Assembly: GCA_963732105.1 (NCBI GenBank)
Contig: CAVSYL010000010.1
Span: forward strand, 471,290 to 535,289
Length of the DNA stretch: 64,000 nt
Reading direction: 5' to 3'
From: an uncultured beta proteobacterium
GTDB taxonomy: Bacteria > Pseudomonadota > Gammaproteobacteria > Burkholderiales > Casimicrobiaceae
Both the position numbers and the translations under genes were made by a program. Below, in pieces: positions 21,221 through 31,923 of this stretch. The first letter of the stretch is position 1; each line of letters opens with the position of its first letter. The notes below the pieces were generated by a model, which was given only the letters and a program-made list of their open reading frames with translations, ran no database searches and was not told where the DNA came from.

Positions 21221-21895
21221 GTGCCGTTGGGACGCGTCTTCGTCTGGTATGAAGAGGGGATGCGCCTGTTCAAGCGCGCCCCGGTGATCTGGTGCGTGCT
21301 CGGCCTCATCACCGTCACCGCCGAACTGGCGCTTAATTTCGTCCCGGGCATCGGCGTCGCGCTGGCCAAGGTCATCGTACCTGTCGTCGAGTGCGGAATG
21401 CTGCTTGGCGCGGTAGCGGTTGACCGCGGTGAGCCGTTGCAGATTCGCGTCGCGGCGGCGGTTTTCGCGGCGAGACCCGCCGCGTTGGCAGCCATCGTGG
21501 TTTCCGCCCTGCTGATTTTCGGTGTCGAGGCGTGGACCGCCTATAGCATCGCCGGAATCAACCTCCTCGAAAATGGGGATGGTGAGCCGTCGCTGACGGC
21601 GGCCACACTGGCGAGCGTATTTGCGGCTGGAACGCTGGTTTCGCTGCCCGTGATGTTCGTGCCTTTCGCTGCCCTGTTCGACGGCGCATCGTTCATTCGC
21701 GCGTTCACCACCAGTGCCCGCGGCTTTGCGCTGAATGTGCTGCCGCTGCTGATCTTCGGCGCGCTTGCGCTGGTGCTGGTGCTGATCGGATTACTTAGTT
21801 TCGGCTTCGGCCTTATTGCCGTGTTCCCGCTGCTGTCGGCAGCGAGCTACGCAGCGTGGAAAGACGTCTACGCGGTTGCCAGCCCGCCAGGCTAG
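21221..21895 (+). CDS. multi-pass membrane protein of unknown function
   Basis: 224 aa with a GTG start and 5-6 hydrophobic segments. I recognise no catalytic motifs. Confidence 0.55.
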   Translation: MPLGRVFVWYEEGMRLFKRAPVIWCVLGLITVTAELALNFVPGIGVALAKVIVPVVECGMLLGAVAVDRGEPLQIRVAAAVFAARPAALAAIVVSALLIFGVEAWTAYSIAGINLLENGDGEPSLTAATLASVFAAGTLVSLPVMFVPFAALFDGASFIRAFTTSARGFALNVLPLLIFGALALVLVLIGLLSFGFGLIAVFPLLSAASYAAWKDVYAVASPPG

Positions 21896-22173
21896 ACCGT
21901 TGGCGCGATTTCGAACTGCGCGAAATCGCCCTCGGCCGGTTCGACCCTGACGGCGCTCACCGTCGCTGCGGGAGGCCCCCTGTTCGCCCACGCAATGATC
22001 GCGTCGATATGATGGGCGGATCCCGCCACAATCGCCTCGACGTCGCCGTCCCGGCGATTTCGCACCCAGCCGCGGAGCCCCAGCGCGCGCGCCTCATCGG
22101 CCAGCGCATAGCGGAAGCCGACGCCCTGCACGCGCCCTTTGATCACCAGGCGTTTGACGAGCATCGTTGCCAA
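21892..22173 (-). CDS. acyP: acylphosphatase
   Basis: 93 aa with the 'VKGRVQGVGFRY' acylphosphatase signature and 'GWVRNRRDGDVE'. Confidence 0.85.
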   Translation of the reverse strand: MATMLVKRLVIKGRVQGVGFRYALADEARALGLRGWVRNRRDGDVEAIVAGSAHHIDAIIAWANRGPPAATVSAVRVEPAEGDFAQFEIAPTV

Positions 22174-22175
22174 GA

Positions 22176-22736
22176 TCAGCGCCCGGCTGCTCGCCTCGCC
22201 AGCAGCAGTAGGCCGATCATCGTCTTGCTATCGGTGATGTCCCCGCGATCGAGCCAGAGCAGCGCTTCGTCGAGTGTCGCGCTGAACGTCTCGATGAACT
22301 CTCCGGCGTCAAGTTGTGCGCCTACGTGCGTGAGCTCGTCGGCGATGAAGATGTCGATCTGCTCGGTGGAATAGCTGATGACAGGGTGCATGGCCGCCAG
22401 GCGCGACCACCGCGCGGCGGTGTATCCGGTTTCTTCGATGAGTTCGCGCATGGCCGCCGCCAGCGGATCCTCACCGGGATCGACCTTGCCCGCGGGAAAC
22501 TCGATGAACACGCGCGACAGCGGATAACGGAACTGCCGCTCGAACAACAGTCGGCCATGCGGCAGCCGTGGAATGATCATCGCGGCGCCAGGATGGACGA
22601 CGAACTCGCGCATGGCCTGCGCGCCATCGGGCATGCGTACGGTATCGCGTTTGATGTGGAGCAACCTGCCGTCGAACACATCTTCGGACGCGATGCGTGT
22701 TTCAATCAGGTGGCTGTCGCCGGAGGCGGCTTTCAT
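22176..22736 (-). CDS. NUDIX hydrolase (ADP-ribose pyrophosphatase-like)
   Basis: 186 aa with Nudix box '[23 protein letters not shown]'. Confidence 0.85.
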   Translation of the reverse strand: MKAASGDSHLIETRIASEDVFDGRLLHIKRDTVRMPDGAQAMREFVVHPGAAMIIPRLPHGRLLFERQFRYPLSRVFIEFPAGKVDPGEDPLAAAMRELIEETGYTAARWSRLAAMHPVISYSTEQIDIFIADELTHVGAQLDAGEFIETFSATLDEALLWLDRGDITDSKTMIGLLLLARRAAGR

Positions 22737-23632
22737 TCGAGCCAGTCCTTGCAGATAAGGAAATCGCTATAGAGCTTCGCCTCCGCGCTGCCTGCCTCGG
22801 GTTGCCAATCGTAGCGCCAATTCACCACGGGTGGCAGCGACATCAGAATGGCCTCGGTGCGCCCATTCGACTGTAGTCCAAACAGCGTGCCGCGGTCGTA
22901 GACGAGATTGAATTCGACGTACCGGCCGCGACGATACGCCTGAAAGTCGCGTTCGCGTCGGCCATAGGGAAGCTCGCGACGACGTTGAAGGATCGGCTCG
23001 TACGCAAGGAGGAAATGATCGCCGACGCTTCGCGTCAGGGCGAAGCATTCGTCGAACGTCCGGTCACAGAGGTCGTCGAAAAAGATTCCGCCTACGCCGC
23101 GAGGTTCGTTGCGGTGCTTCAGAAAGAAATAGTCATCGCACCAGCGCTTGAACCGTGGGTAGTATTCGGCTCCGAACGGCGCCAGCGCCGCACGGCACGT
23201 CCGGTGAAAATGCACGGCGTCTTCCGCGAAACCGTAGTAGGGCGTGAGATCAGTGCCGCCACCGAACCACCACACGGGCGCGTCGCCCGCCTTCTCCGCC
23301 ACGAACACGCGCACATTCAGATGGACGGTCGGCACATACGGATTGACCGGATGCAGAACGACCGAAACGCCCATCACCTCGAATGATCGGCCCGCGAGCT
23401 GCGGCCGGCCTGCCGTCGCCGAGGGCGGCAGCCGGTCGCCCCTGACGTGAGAAAAATTGACACCGGCACGCTCGAACACGCTGCCTTGCTCGAGGACACG
23501 GCTTTCGCCGCCCCCGCCTTCGGGGCGCTCCCAACGATCGCACCTGAAGGCGTGGCCGTCGATCGCTTCCAGGCTCGCCACGATGCGCGCCTGCAAGCTC
23601 GTGAAATAGTCGCGGGCGGCCGCAATGTCCAA
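22733..23632 (-). CDS. hemF: oxygen-dependent coproporphyrinogen III oxidase
   Basis: Strong HemF similarity ('[11 protein letters not shown]', '[17 protein letters not shown]', '[13 protein letters not shown]'). There is no ATG near the conserved N-terminus. TTG at 23632 gives '[10 protein letters not shown]...' and leaves 16 bp to the purD stop. The longer ORF to 23989 would overlap purD. Confidence 0.8.
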   Translation of the reverse strand: MDIAAARDYFTSLQARIVASLEAIDGHAFRCDRWERPEGGGGESRVLEQGSVFERAGVNFSHVRGDRLPPSATAGRPQLAGRSFEVMGVSVVLHPVNPYVPTVHLNVRVFVAEKAGDAPVWWFGGGTDLTPYYGFAEDAVHFHRTCRAALAPFGAEYYPRFKRWCDDYFFLKHRNEPRGVGGIFFDDLCDRTFDECFALTRSVGDHFLLAYEPILQRRRELPYGRRERDFQAYRRGRYVEFNLVYDRGTLFGLQSNGRTEAILMSLPPVVNWRYDWQPEAGSAEAKLYSDFLICKDWLE

Positions 23633-23648
23633 GCGCGCCAGTCCCGGC

Positions 23649-24926
23649 TCAGCCTTTGCGCACGGCGATCGCACGATGGCCGATGTCCGTGCGATATTGC
23701 ATGCCGTCGAAATGAATGCCCGCGATTGCGCCGTATACAGCGCGCTGCGCTTGCCGTACGGTTTCGCCAAGCGCAGTAACGCAGAGTACGCGCCCACCGC
23801 ACGTAACCACGTTCTTGCCGGCGATCGTCGTCGCGGCATGGAACACTTTGCAGTCCTCGGAGGCGACGCCGAGCCCCGAGACGGTGTCGCCTTCGCGCGG
23901 CCGGTCAGGATAGCCCGCCGCCGCGAGCACCACCCCAAGTGCGGCACGACGGTCCCAGTCGACCTCGATCTGGTCGAGCGTGCCTGCAACCGCGTGCTGA
24001 AGCAGGTCGACCAGATCCGACTTCAGCCGCATCAGGATCGGTTGCGTCTCCGGATCGCCAAGGCGGCAGTTGAATTCGAGCGCTCGCGGATTGCCGTCGG
24101 CGTCGATCATCACACCCGCGTACAGGAATCCGCTGTACGGAAAGCCTTCCGTAGCCATGCCGTGCACTGCGGGGAGGATGATCTCGCGCATGATGCGCGC
24201 ATGGACCTCCGGCGTCACCGCCGGAGCTGGCGAATACGCGCCCATGCCGCCCGTGTTCGGTCCGTGGTCGCCATCCTGCAGGCGCTTGTGATCCTGCGAC
24301 GATGCCAGAGGCAACACGTGGGCCCCGTCCGCCATCACGATGAAGCTCGCCTCCTCGCCGACAAGGCACTCCTCGATGACGACGCGCGCGCCAGCATCTC
24401 CGAGACGGTTGGCGACGAGCATCGCGTCGATCGCGGCATGCGCATCGACGGCCGTTGCGGCGACCACCACGCCCTTGCCCGCCGCCAAGCCATCGGCCTT
24501 GATGACGATCGGCGCGCCGCGCGCGTCGACGTAGGCGTGCGCCGCGGCGGCGTCCGTGAATGTTTCGTACGCCGCTGTCGGAATCGCGTGGCGCACCATG
24601 AAGGCCTTGGCGAAATCCTTGGAGCTTTCGAGTCGCGCGGCGGATTGCGTTGGGCCGAATATTTTCAATCCTACGGACCGAAAGGCATCGACGATCCCGT
24701 TGGCGAGCGGCGCTTCCGGGCCGACGACCGTCAGCGCAACGCGCTCTGACTGCGCGAATGCAACAAGTTCAGGAATCGCGGCGAGCGAGACGTTGGTCAG
24801 GCCAAGCTCGCGCGCGGTGCCGGCATTCCCGGGCGCAACGAACACCTTGCCGACGCGCTGCGATTGCGCGATCTTCCAAGCCAGCGCATGCTCGCGCCCG
24901 CCACCGCCGATGACGAGTACGTTCAT
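23649..24926 (-). CDS. purD: phosphoribosylamine--glycine ligase
   Basis: 425 aa with '[18 protein letters not shown]' and an ATP-grasp region. Confidence 0.95.
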   Translation of the reverse strand: MNVLVIGGGGREHALAWKIAQSQRVGKVFVAPGNAGTARELGLTNVSLAAIPELVAFAQSERVALTVVGPEAPLANGIVDAFRSVGLKIFGPTQSAARLESSKDFAKAFMVRHAIPTAAYETFTDAAAAHAYVDARGAPIVIKADGLAAGKGVVVAATAVDAHAAIDAMLVANRLGDAGARVVIEECLVGEEASFIVMADGAHVLPLASSQDHKRLQDGDHGPNTGGMGAYSPAPAVTPEVHARIMREIILPAVHGMATEGFPYSGFLYAGVMIDADGNPRALEFNCRLGDPETQPILMRLKSDLVDLLQHAVAGTLDQIEVDWDRRAALGVVLAAAGYPDRPREGDTVSGLGVASEDCKVFHAATTIAGKNVVTCGGRVLCVTALGETVRQAQRAVYGAIAGIHFDGMQYRTDIGHRAIAVRKG

Positions 24927-24935
24927 GACTTGGGG

Positions 24936-25499
24936 CTATTGCAATCCTATGGTGCCCATGACGTACAGCGTACTGCCGTGGTTGACTCCGCCGTTGAGCG
25001 TCGGGATGAAGGTGGTGATGAGATTGGCCTTCTTGTATCGCAGCAACGCGACCGGCAGGGCCGCAGGGAACGGTATTCCGCTCGCGATATCGGGTCGCTG
25101 CACGATGAGCGCCGTCCACCCCAGGCCCGCCTGCAGCCCGTCACGGTCGCCCCAGTAGGTTGCCCACAAGTAGCCGAGGTTAACTTGAGCCGTCCGATGC
25201 GAATCCTCGAAGGCGTAGAAGTACACCATGTGTGTGTTGCCGTTGGCATCTTCGACCGCACGTGCTGCGCCGATGCCCCATGCATTCGAATTCAACTGCG
25301 CGCGATTTTCAGGCGTGTAGGTCGACGGCAGATGATAGGAATAACCCGAAAGAATAAGCGTATTTTCCCCGTTCTGATACGTATCTGCGAGCTCGCGGCA
25401 GCCCGTTTCGACCCAGGTCCAGAAATCGGCGCAATCGAGCGCGTAGGCGCGTCCCGGCAGCGCAAGCACGATCGCCATGGCGATCAACAGACGTTTCAA
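24936..25499 (-). CDS. pagP: lipid A palmitoyltransferase PagP-like outer membrane protein
   Basis: TTG start gives a signal peptide 'KRLLIAMAIVLALPGRAYA'. The mature part aligns by eye with E. coli PagP ('NAWGIG...YAFEDSH...GLGWTA...IPFPAALPVA...TFIP'). Confidence 0.7.
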   Translation of the reverse strand: MKRLLIAMAIVLALPGRAYALDCADFWTWVETGCRELADTYQNGENTLILSGYSYHLPSTYTPENRAQLNSNAWGIGAARAVEDANGNTHMVYFYAFEDSHRTAQVNLGYLWATYWGDRDGLQAGLGWTALIVQRPDIASGIPFPAALPVALLRYKKANLITTFIPTLNGGVNHGSTLYVMGTIGLQ

Positions 25500-25527
25500 A
25501 TTGAACCTCGCTCTCGCTGCAATAAAA

Positions 25528-27138
25528 TCAATGACGGAAATGCCGAATGCCGGTAAAGACCATGGCGACGCCGCGCTCGTCCGCCGCGGCAATAACCTCG
25601 GCGTCGCGAACGCTGCCGCCCGGCTGGATGACTGCGACTGCGCCATTTTCCGCAACCACGTCAAGACCGTCGCGGAACGGAAAAAACGCATCGGATGCCA
25701 CGACCGATCCTGCAAGCGACAGGCCAGCGTTGGCTGCCTTGATCGCGGCGATGCGCGTGGCATCGACCCGACTCATCTGGCCCGCACCGATGCCCAGGGT
25801 GCGACTCCCGCCACAATAGACGATCGCATTGGATTTGACGAATCTCGCGACACGCCAAGCGAACAGCAAATCGGCAACCTGAGACTGCGTCGGCGCAACC
25901 TGCGTGACAACCTTGAGCGAAGCCGCGTCAACGCGGTCGACGTCGGGCGTCTGCACCAGCATGCCGCCACCGACACGCTTGACGTCCCACGTGTTGCCGC
26001 CAGCTGCCCCGGGCGCGATGGCGAGCACCCGCACATTGGTCTTTTTCGCAATGGCGGCGAGCGCGTCGGCGCTATACGATGGGGCAATCAGCACTTCCAG
26101 AAACTGGGTACTCACCGCCTCAACCGTGCCAGCATCGACTTCGCGATTGAACGCGATGATGCCGCCGAACGCCGAGGTTGGATCGGTCGCGAACGCCTTG
26201 CGATAAGCCTCGAGCGGCGTGGCTGCCAGCGCGACGCCGCACGGATTGGCGTGCTTGACGATGACGCACGCCGCCTCGGGAAATACCTGGACGCATTCCC
26301 ACGCGGCATCGCTGTCGGCAATGTTATTGTAGGAAAGCTCCTTGCCCTGGAGCTGGCGGCCGGTCGCGATGGTCCCGGGCGCCGGCGCGTCGTCGCGATA
26401 GAACGCAGCTTGTTGATGCGGATTCTCGCCGTAGCGCATTTCCTGCAGCTTCGTACCTTGCCAATTGAAGCGCTCAGGCAGCGCGTGCACGGTGCCAGCC
26501 GCATCGCGCGAGGTCAGATAATTGCTGATCGCTCCGTCGTAGGCCGCAGTATGCGAGAACGCTTTCTGGGCCAGCGCGAAGCGCGTCGCGGTCGAGAGCG
26601 TCCCGCCGCGCGCGCGCATCTCCTCGAGCAACGCGGCATAGTCCGCCGGGTCGACGACGATGCCTACGTGCGCATGATTCTTCGCCGCCGAGCGCACCAT
26701 CGCGGGCCCACCGATGTCGATGTTTTCAATCGCATCTTCGAGTGTGCAGCCGGACTTTGCCACCGTCTCGCGGAACGGATAAAGGTTGACCACGACCAGG
26801 TCGATGGTCGGTATGTCGTGGTTGCGCAGCGCCTCAACGTGCGCCGGCACGTCGCGTCGCGCCAGGATTCCGCCGTGCACCTTCGGGTGCAGCGTCTTCA
26901 CCCGTCCGTCCAGCATTTCCGGAAAGCCAGTGAAGGTGGCGATTTCGGTAACCGGCAGCCCGGCATCGGCCAGCGCCTTCGCGGTTCCACCGGTGGACAG
27001 GAGCTTGACGCCCATTGCCGTAAGCCCGCGCGCGAAATCGATCAGCCCGGTCTTGTCGGAGACAGACAGCAATGCTTGGGTGATCGGCGGAGCCAAGGCT
27101 TCGGGTCGGACCTGGATGTCTCGCGAGCGACCGGGCAC
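25528..27138 (-). CDS. purH: bifunctional AICAR transformylase / IMP cyclohydrolase
   Basis: '[21 protein letters not shown]' MGS-like domain plus an AICARFT domain ending '...FTGIRHFRH'. The start is ambiguous: GTG at 27138 or TTG at 27096. Confidence 0.93.
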   Translation of the reverse strand: MPGRSRDIQVRPEALAPPITQALLSVSDKTGLIDFARGLTAMGVKLLSTGGTAKALADAGLPVTEIATFTGFPEMLDGRVKTLHPKVHGGILARRDVPAHVEALRNHDIPTIDLVVVNLYPFRETVAKSGCTLEDAIENIDIGGPAMVRSAAKNHAHVGIVVDPADYAALLEEMRARGGTLSTATRFALAQKAFSHTAAYDGAISNYLTSRDAAGTVHALPERFNWQGTKLQEMRYGENPHQQAAFYRDDAPAPGTIATGRQLQGKELSYNNIADSDAAWECVQVFPEAACVIVKHANPCGVALAATPLEAYRKAFATDPTSAFGGIIAFNREVDAGTVEAVSTQFLEVLIAPSYSADALAAIAKKTNVRVLAIAPGAAGGNTWDVKRVGGGMLVQTPDVDRVDAASLKVVTQVAPTQSQVADLLFAWRVARFVKSNAIVYCGGSRTLGIGAGQMSRVDATRIAAIKAANAGLSLAGSVVASDAFFPFRDGLDVVAENGAVAVIQPGGSVRDAEVIAAADERGVAMVFTGIRHFRH

Positions 27139-27165
27139 TGGCTCGTGGGCCCGGTGCGCGGATGC

Positions 27166-27402
27166 CTAGCGAATGTTGTATTTTGAAAGTTTGGTGCGCA
27201 GCGTGTTGCGATTCAAACCGAGCATGTCCGCGGCATTGGTCTGATTGCCGCCCGCGCGATGCATCACCAACGTAATGAGCGAGCGCTCGACATTGGCGAT
27301 CACCATGTCGTAGATGCCGTGCGGCTGCTCGCCGTCGAGCTTGCGGAAGTATTCGTCGAGCGACTTCTCGACGCTGCGGCAGATCTCGTTGCCGCCATTC
27401 AT
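27166..27402 (-). CDS. fis: DNA-binding protein Fis
   Basis: 78-aa product from the internal Met of ORF 27166..27606, with C-terminal HTH 'GGNQTNAADMLGLNRNTLRTKLSKY'. It sits in the conserved dusB-fis arrangement. Confidence 0.85.
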   Translation of the reverse strand: MNGGNEICRSVEKSLDEYFRKLDGEQPHGIYDMVIANVERSLITLVMHRAGGNQTNAADMLGLNRNTLRTKLSKYNIR

Positions 27403-27416
27403 TCGTGTCGTTCTTT

Positions 27417-28457
27417 TCACGCTGCGAGGGCCTCCTCTACCCACGGAGCCGTTGCCTTGCCTGGCAACGTATACGATAGCCGATCGCCGCATGCGGCGAG
27501 GCGATCGAAAAAGCGGTTCACTGTCGCGATCTGCGCCGCGGCATTGTCCAGCCGGTTCACTTCGTGTCGAAATGCTTCGCCCCCGGCAAGGCCGCCGGAG
27601 TACCAACCAAGATGCTTGCGTGCGGTTCGCACGCCCGTCTCTTCGCCGTATAGCGAATAGTGGTCGCCCAGATGTTCGAGGATGATGGCGCGGATTTCCT
27701 CAACTGCCGGCGGCGCGAGCGAGGACCCACGGTCGAGATAGTAGCGAATCTCGCGAAAGATCCAGGGTCGCCCTTGCGCCGCGCGTCCGATCATGACCGC
27801 GTCAGCCCCGGTCTGCGCAAGGACGTCACGCGCCTTCTCCGCGGAATCGATGTCGCCATTCGCCGTCACGGGCAACGCGACGGCTCGCTTGACTTCGCGG
27901 ATCGTGTCGTACTCGACCGCGCCGACGAAGCCGCACTCGCGCGTCCGGCCATGGATAGATAGCGCGGCGATGCCCGCGTCTTCCGCGATCCTCGCGATCC
28001 GGACCGCATTGCGGTGTTCGCGGCTCCAGCCGGTGCGAATCTTCAACGTCACCGGGACACTGACTGCGGCGACAACCGCCGCAACAATGGCGGCGACCAG
28101 CGGTTCGTTCTGCAGCAGCGCGGAGCCGGCGGCGACGTTGCACACCTTCTTCGCCGGGCAGCCCATGTTGATATCGATGATCTGCGCGCCACGATCGACG
28201 TTATAACGCGCGGCAGCGGCCATCTGCGCCGGATCCGCGCCAGCAATTTGCACGACGATGGGTTCGACTTCGCCACGATGGTCGATGCGTCGCTGCGATT
28301 TCGCCGTGGCACGCAACCGAGGATCCGACGCGACCATCTCCGACACGGCGAGTCCCGCACCCAATCGCTTGCAGAGTTGCCGGAAAGGACGATCGGTGAC
28401 GCCCGCCATCGGGGCGACGACCAGATTGTTCTCGATGTGATGTGGGCCGATGTGCAC
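27417..28457 (-). CDS. dusB: tRNA-dihydrouridine synthase B
   Basis: 346 aa with 'LVVAPMAGVTDRPFRQLC' and 'IDINMGCPAKKV'. Confidence 0.9.
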   Translation of the reverse strand: MHIGPHHIENNLVVAPMAGVTDRPFRQLCKRLGAGLAVSEMVASDPRLRATAKSQRRIDHRGEVEPIVVQIAGADPAQMAAAARYNVDRGAQIIDINMGCPAKKVCNVAAGSALLQNEPLVAAIVAAVVAAVSVPVTLKIRTGWSREHRNAVRIARIAEDAGIAALSIHGRTRECGFVGAVEYDTIREVKRAVALPVTANGDIDSAEKARDVLAQTGADAVMIGRAAQGRPWIFREIRYYLDRGSSLAPPAVEEIRAIILEHLGDHYSLYGEETGVRTARKHLGWYSGGLAGGEAFRHEVNRLDNAAAQIATVNRFFDRLAACGDRLSYTLPGKATAPWVEEALAA

Positions 28458-28561
28458 GTTCGGATTTTGCAGCAGGAAGGGAGCGGATTATACCGAGTTT
28501 GCGCCAGCGTTGTCAGCGCGTTCGTCGGTTGGTGCGAAATGAATTGCGTCGACGTGGTTGA

Positions 28562-29722
28562 TCAATTCATGCCAAAGAGCATCGCGCGCGTGAACGATCG
28601 TTTCATCGGCGGCAGCGCATCAAGCAAAGTGAGTGCCAACCCCCGCGGCCAACGCAGCAAGGCCGAGTCGTTGCCGAATACGCCGAGCACGCCGTGCGTG
28701 AACGCGATGCCTGCCCAACGGTCCGCGCGTCGCCGCTGTGCGTAGCGAGCCATGCGCTCGCGCGCACCAATTTGATCGCGCGGCGTCGCAAGCAACTCCT
28801 GCGCCAATTCCCACGCGTCGCGAACTCCGAGGTTGAATCCCTGCCCCGCAACCGGATGCAACGATTGCGCGGCGTTGCCAAGCAACACCGTGCGCTCGGC
28901 GACGATACGATCGGCAAAGTCGAGCTGCAAAGGAAAGGTACGCCGGTCAGCGACACGCACGAACTCGCCCGCGCGCGATCCGAAGCGTCGTCGCAAGCCG
29001 GCAAGAAACTCCAAAGGATCCAAACCGACCAGCGCGTCGCCACGCTCAGGCGTTGTGGTCCAGACCAATCCGTAGTGGTCCTCGTCAGGAAGCAACGCCA
29101 TGGGTCCCTCTGGCGTGAAGCGCTCGAAGGCGACGCCACGGTGCGGATCGCGCATCCATACCTTGCCCACCAGCGCCACCTGACCGTAATCGTGGCGGCG
29201 CCTGGTGACGCCGGCAACGATTTCGCCACCGCCATCCGCCGCGGCGGCAACACGACTGGTCCACGTGGAACCGGCGCCGTCGCGTCGACCTTCTACACAT
29301 GCGTACGCCGGCGTCGCAACCACGTGATCGACAACGAATTCGTGTTCGACGTGCACACCGCTCCGGAGCAACGCCGCGTCCAGCGCCGCCTGCAGTGCGC
29401 GATAGCTGACTACATAGCCGAGCGCGGGCACTCCCTGCTCCTGCGCGTCCAGCCGCGCCGCGCCAAAACCCCCGCGTTGCGAAATGTCGATGGAGTGAAT
29501 TGACGTCACCGCATTCGACCGTGAGGCAAGGGCACCCCAGATACCGAGGCGTTCGAAGATGAGCCGGGAACCGTGCGACAGCGCAAGCGACCGGTCGCCG
29601 CGGGCAATCGTGCGCGCGGGGCGCGCGTCGAGCGCCACGACGTCGATCTCGCCCGCGCTCAGCGCGAGAGCGAGCGTTGCCCCGACCGGGCCGGCACCGA
29701 CGATGACGACGTCGTGCAGCAT
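28562..29722 (-). CDS. UbiH/UbiF/VisC-family FAD-dependent ubiquinone biosynthesis hydroxylase
   Basis: 386 aa with 'DVVIVGAGPVGATLALAL' and 'GNAAQSLHPVAGQGFNLG'. Confidence 0.85.
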   Translation of the reverse strand: MLHDVVIVGAGPVGATLALALSAGEIDVVALDARPARTIARGDRSLALSHGSRLIFERLGIWGALASRSNAVTSIHSIDISQRGGFGAARLDAQEQGVPALGYVVSYRALQAALDAALLRSGVHVEHEFVVDHVVATPAYACVEGRRDGAGSTWTSRVAAAADGGGEIVAGVTRRRHDYGQVALVGKVWMRDPHRGVAFERFTPEGPMALLPDEDHYGLVWTTTPERGDALVGLDPLEFLAGLRRRFGSRAGEFVRVADRRTFPLQLDFADRIVAERTVLLGNAAQSLHPVAGQGFNLGVRDAWELAQELLATPRDQIGARERMARYAQRRRADRWAGIAFTHGVLGVFGNDSALLRWPRGLALTLLDALPPMKRSFTRAMLFGMN

Positions 29723-29789
29723 CGGAGTGCGTTACGTCCGAATCGCCGCTAGGCCACCACGCCTGGCGAAGTCCGCACCGACGCCGCGG

Positions 29790-31115
29790 TCAGCGCACGC
29801 ACGCGGCCTCGACCTCGGCTACCGTCTTCGGCGTCGCGCCGGTGAGGTTCTCGTTACCCGTGGCGGTTACCAGCACATCGTCTTCGATGCGCACGCCGAT
29901 GTCCCAGAATTCCTCAGGGACGTTGTCACCGGGACGGATGTAGCAACCCGGCTCAACCGTGAGCAACATGCCGGACTCGAGCATGCGCGAAGCCCCGTGG
30001 ATGCGGTACAGGCCCACGTCGTGCACGTCCAATCCGAGCCAGTGACCTGCGCGGTGCATATAGAATTGCTTGTAGGCGCCGGACTCCAGCACGGCGTCCA
30101 GCGAGCCCTGGCACAGGTTCAAATCGATGAGCCCTTGCGCCAACACACGCTCCGCCACCTCATGGTAGTCGTGAAACGCCCGTCCCGGTTTTACCGCGTC
30201 GATGCACGCGAGTTGCGCGGCGAGCACGAGTTCGTAAACGGCCTTTTGCGGCCCGCTGAACCTGCCACCCACTGGAAAAGTGCGCGTGATATCCGACGCG
30301 TAACCTTCGTACTCGCAACCGGCGTCGATGAGAAGCAGGTCGGACGACTGCATCTGGCGATTGTTGTCGCGGTAGTGCAGCACGCAGGCGTTGGGCCCGG
30401 ACGCGACGATCGACGGATAGGCGACCGCCTGCGCGCCGCAACGCAGGAATTCGTGCGCAAGCTCAGCCTCGACCTGGTATTCGTACCAGTCGGGTCGCGT
30501 GCGCGCCATCGCCCGTCGATGCGCGCCGCTCGAAATGTCGGCGGCACGGCGGATATGCCGCAATTCATGCTCGTCCTTGTACAGGCGCATCGCCGCGAGC
30601 GGCGCGCGCACATCGACCATGGTTTCCGGCACTGAAATGCCGGTGCGGACGCGATTGCGCAGTTCATTAAGCGCAGCCGTGATCGTCTCGTCCCAATGCG
30701 CGTAGAGGCCGCGCGGCGTATACATCGCCGGGCGGTCGCCACCAAGGTCCGCAAGCTTTGCGGGAAATTCACCCATCGAATACGCTTCGTCGAAACCGAA
30801 GATCTCGCGTGCTGCGTCCGGCCCATAACGGAAGCCATCCCAGATCTCGCGCTCGACGTTCTTGTCCCGGCAGAACAGGATTTGCCTGGAATCGCCCTCG
30901 TCCTCACCGGCGAGCAGCAAAACGACCGCCTCGGGTTCGGGAAATCCGGACACATAATAGAAATAACTGTCTGGACGATAAGGAAAATGCGTATCCGCGT
31001 TGCGGATCGCCTCGGGCGCGGTCGGAATCGCCGCGATGCCGCCGCCAGTCTGACGGCGCATCTCGGCGATGAGTTGCGCGCGTCGCGCTCGATGATGCTG
31101 ATGGTTGTAGTTCAT
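29790..31115 (-). CDS. pepP: Xaa-Pro aminopeptidase
   Basis: 441 aa with an N-terminal AMP_N region and an M24 domain containing 'DAGCEYEGYASDITRT', 'HRAGHWLGLDVHD' and 'VEPGCYI'. Confidence 0.9.
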   Translation of the reverse strand: MNYNHQHHRARRAQLIAEMRRQTGGGIAAIPTAPEAIRNADTHFPYRPDSYFYYVSGFPEPEAVVLLLAGEDEGDSRQILFCRDKNVEREIWDGFRYGPDAAREIFGFDEAYSMGEFPAKLADLGGDRPAMYTPRGLYAHWDETITAALNELRNRVRTGISVPETMVDVRAPLAAMRLYKDEHELRHIRRAADISSGAHRRAMARTRPDWYEYQVEAELAHEFLRCGAQAVAYPSIVASGPNACVLHYRDNNRQMQSSDLLLIDAGCEYEGYASDITRTFPVGGRFSGPQKAVYELVLAAQLACIDAVKPGRAFHDYHEVAERVLAQGLIDLNLCQGSLDAVLESGAYKQFYMHRAGHWLGLDVHDVGLYRIHGASRMLESGMLLTVEPGCYIRPGDNVPEEFWDIGVRIEDDVLVTATGNENLTGATPKTVAEVEAACVR

Positions 31116-31198
31116 CGCGGGTACCGGAAGGGCGCAAGGAAGGTGGACGCAGCATTATAAGCGCAGCCGTTCGCGGCTCATGCGGTAACATTCCGTGC

Positions 31199-31822
31199 AT
31201 GGCATTGCCTACGAACCAGCCGTCCGAAGCGGTGCATGCGGGCGTGCTGGACGCCAAGCGCGCATTGCGCGCACGCGTATTATCTGCGCGGGATCGGATG
31301 CCTGCTGCAGCGCGCATCGAAGCCGCCCGGGCAATCGCCACCACGCTTTCAGCGCGCGAGGATTTCCAGGCTGCGCCCACGTTGCTGTTGACGTTGCCGT
31401 TCGGTAGCGAATGGGACACCGCGCCGCTTCTCGCCGAGGCATTCAAGCGCAGCAAGGTGGTCGTCCTGCCACGTGTCAACCTTGCAACACGCATGCTGGA
31501 ACTCTGCGCCGTGACCGATCTGGAGCGCGACGTCGCACCCGGTTACCGTGGGATACGCGAGCCGCTCCCGCACTGCGCCAGCGTCGATCCTGCCGCAATC
31601 GGCTGGGCGCTCATTCCGGGAGTCGCCTTCGATCGGCTCGGAAAACGCCTGGGCTATGGTGGCGGTTTCTACGATCGCCTGCTACCGATGCTGGCACCGC
31701 GCGGGGCACGGATGGCAGGCGCGTTCGAACTCCAGATCGTCGCCGATGTTCCCTCTGCCGCACACGATCTGGCGGTCGATGCGATTGTCACCGAGGTGCG
31801 CACGCTGTCCACGGCGCAATGA
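31199..31822 (+). CDS. 5-formyltetrahydrofolate cyclo-ligase
   Basis: 207 aa with 'LRARVLSARDRM' and a C-terminal 'GKRLGYGGGFYDR' motif. Divergent from pepP-ubiH, as in E. coli. Confidence 0.8.
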   Translation: MALPTNQPSEAVHAGVLDAKRALRARVLSARDRMPAAARIEAARAIATTLSAREDFQAAPTLLLTLPFGSEWDTAPLLAEAFKRSKVVVLPRVNLATRMLELCAVTDLERDVAPGYRGIREPLPHCASVDPAAIGWALIPGVAFDRLGKRLGYGGGFYDRLLPMLAPRGARMAGAFELQIVADVPSAAHDLAVDAIVTEVRTLSTAQ

Positions 31823-31923
31823 ACGACGATTCCGGCTTCGCAGGCACACCGCTGCCTGTGAGCAGCGGACGGTGAAGTGCCAATCGCGCTTGGCGCACCT
31901 GTGTAGCTGACCGAGGACGCCGA

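Noticed and set aside
21207-21223. A possible extra frame break at the start of the membrane protein (ATG at 21207 in another frame)
   Set aside because: The phase difference does not fit a single-base insertion like the other breaks. GTG at 21221 gives a complete, plausible protein.
25477-27186. Long antisense ORFs opposite well-conserved genes. Examples: 25477..27186 opposite purH, 37856..39526 opposite lpd, 40193..41452 opposite proA, 46859..48313 opposite the antiporter, 16228..17469 opposite livK, 367..1251 opposite the MOSC gene
   Set aside because: Their composition is Arg/Ala/Gly/Asp-rich and I recognise no motifs. They are expected by chance in ~65% GC DNA, where stop codons are rare on the antisense strand.
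31116-31198. 6S RNA (ssrS), which lies immediately upstream of the 5-formyl-THF cyclo-ligase gene in E. coli and many proteobacteria
   Set aside because: The spacer to the divergent pepP is only 83 bp, too short for a ~180-nt 6S RNA. The ~100-bp spacer downstream (31823-31923) is also too short. I saw no long closed hairpin with a central bubble.
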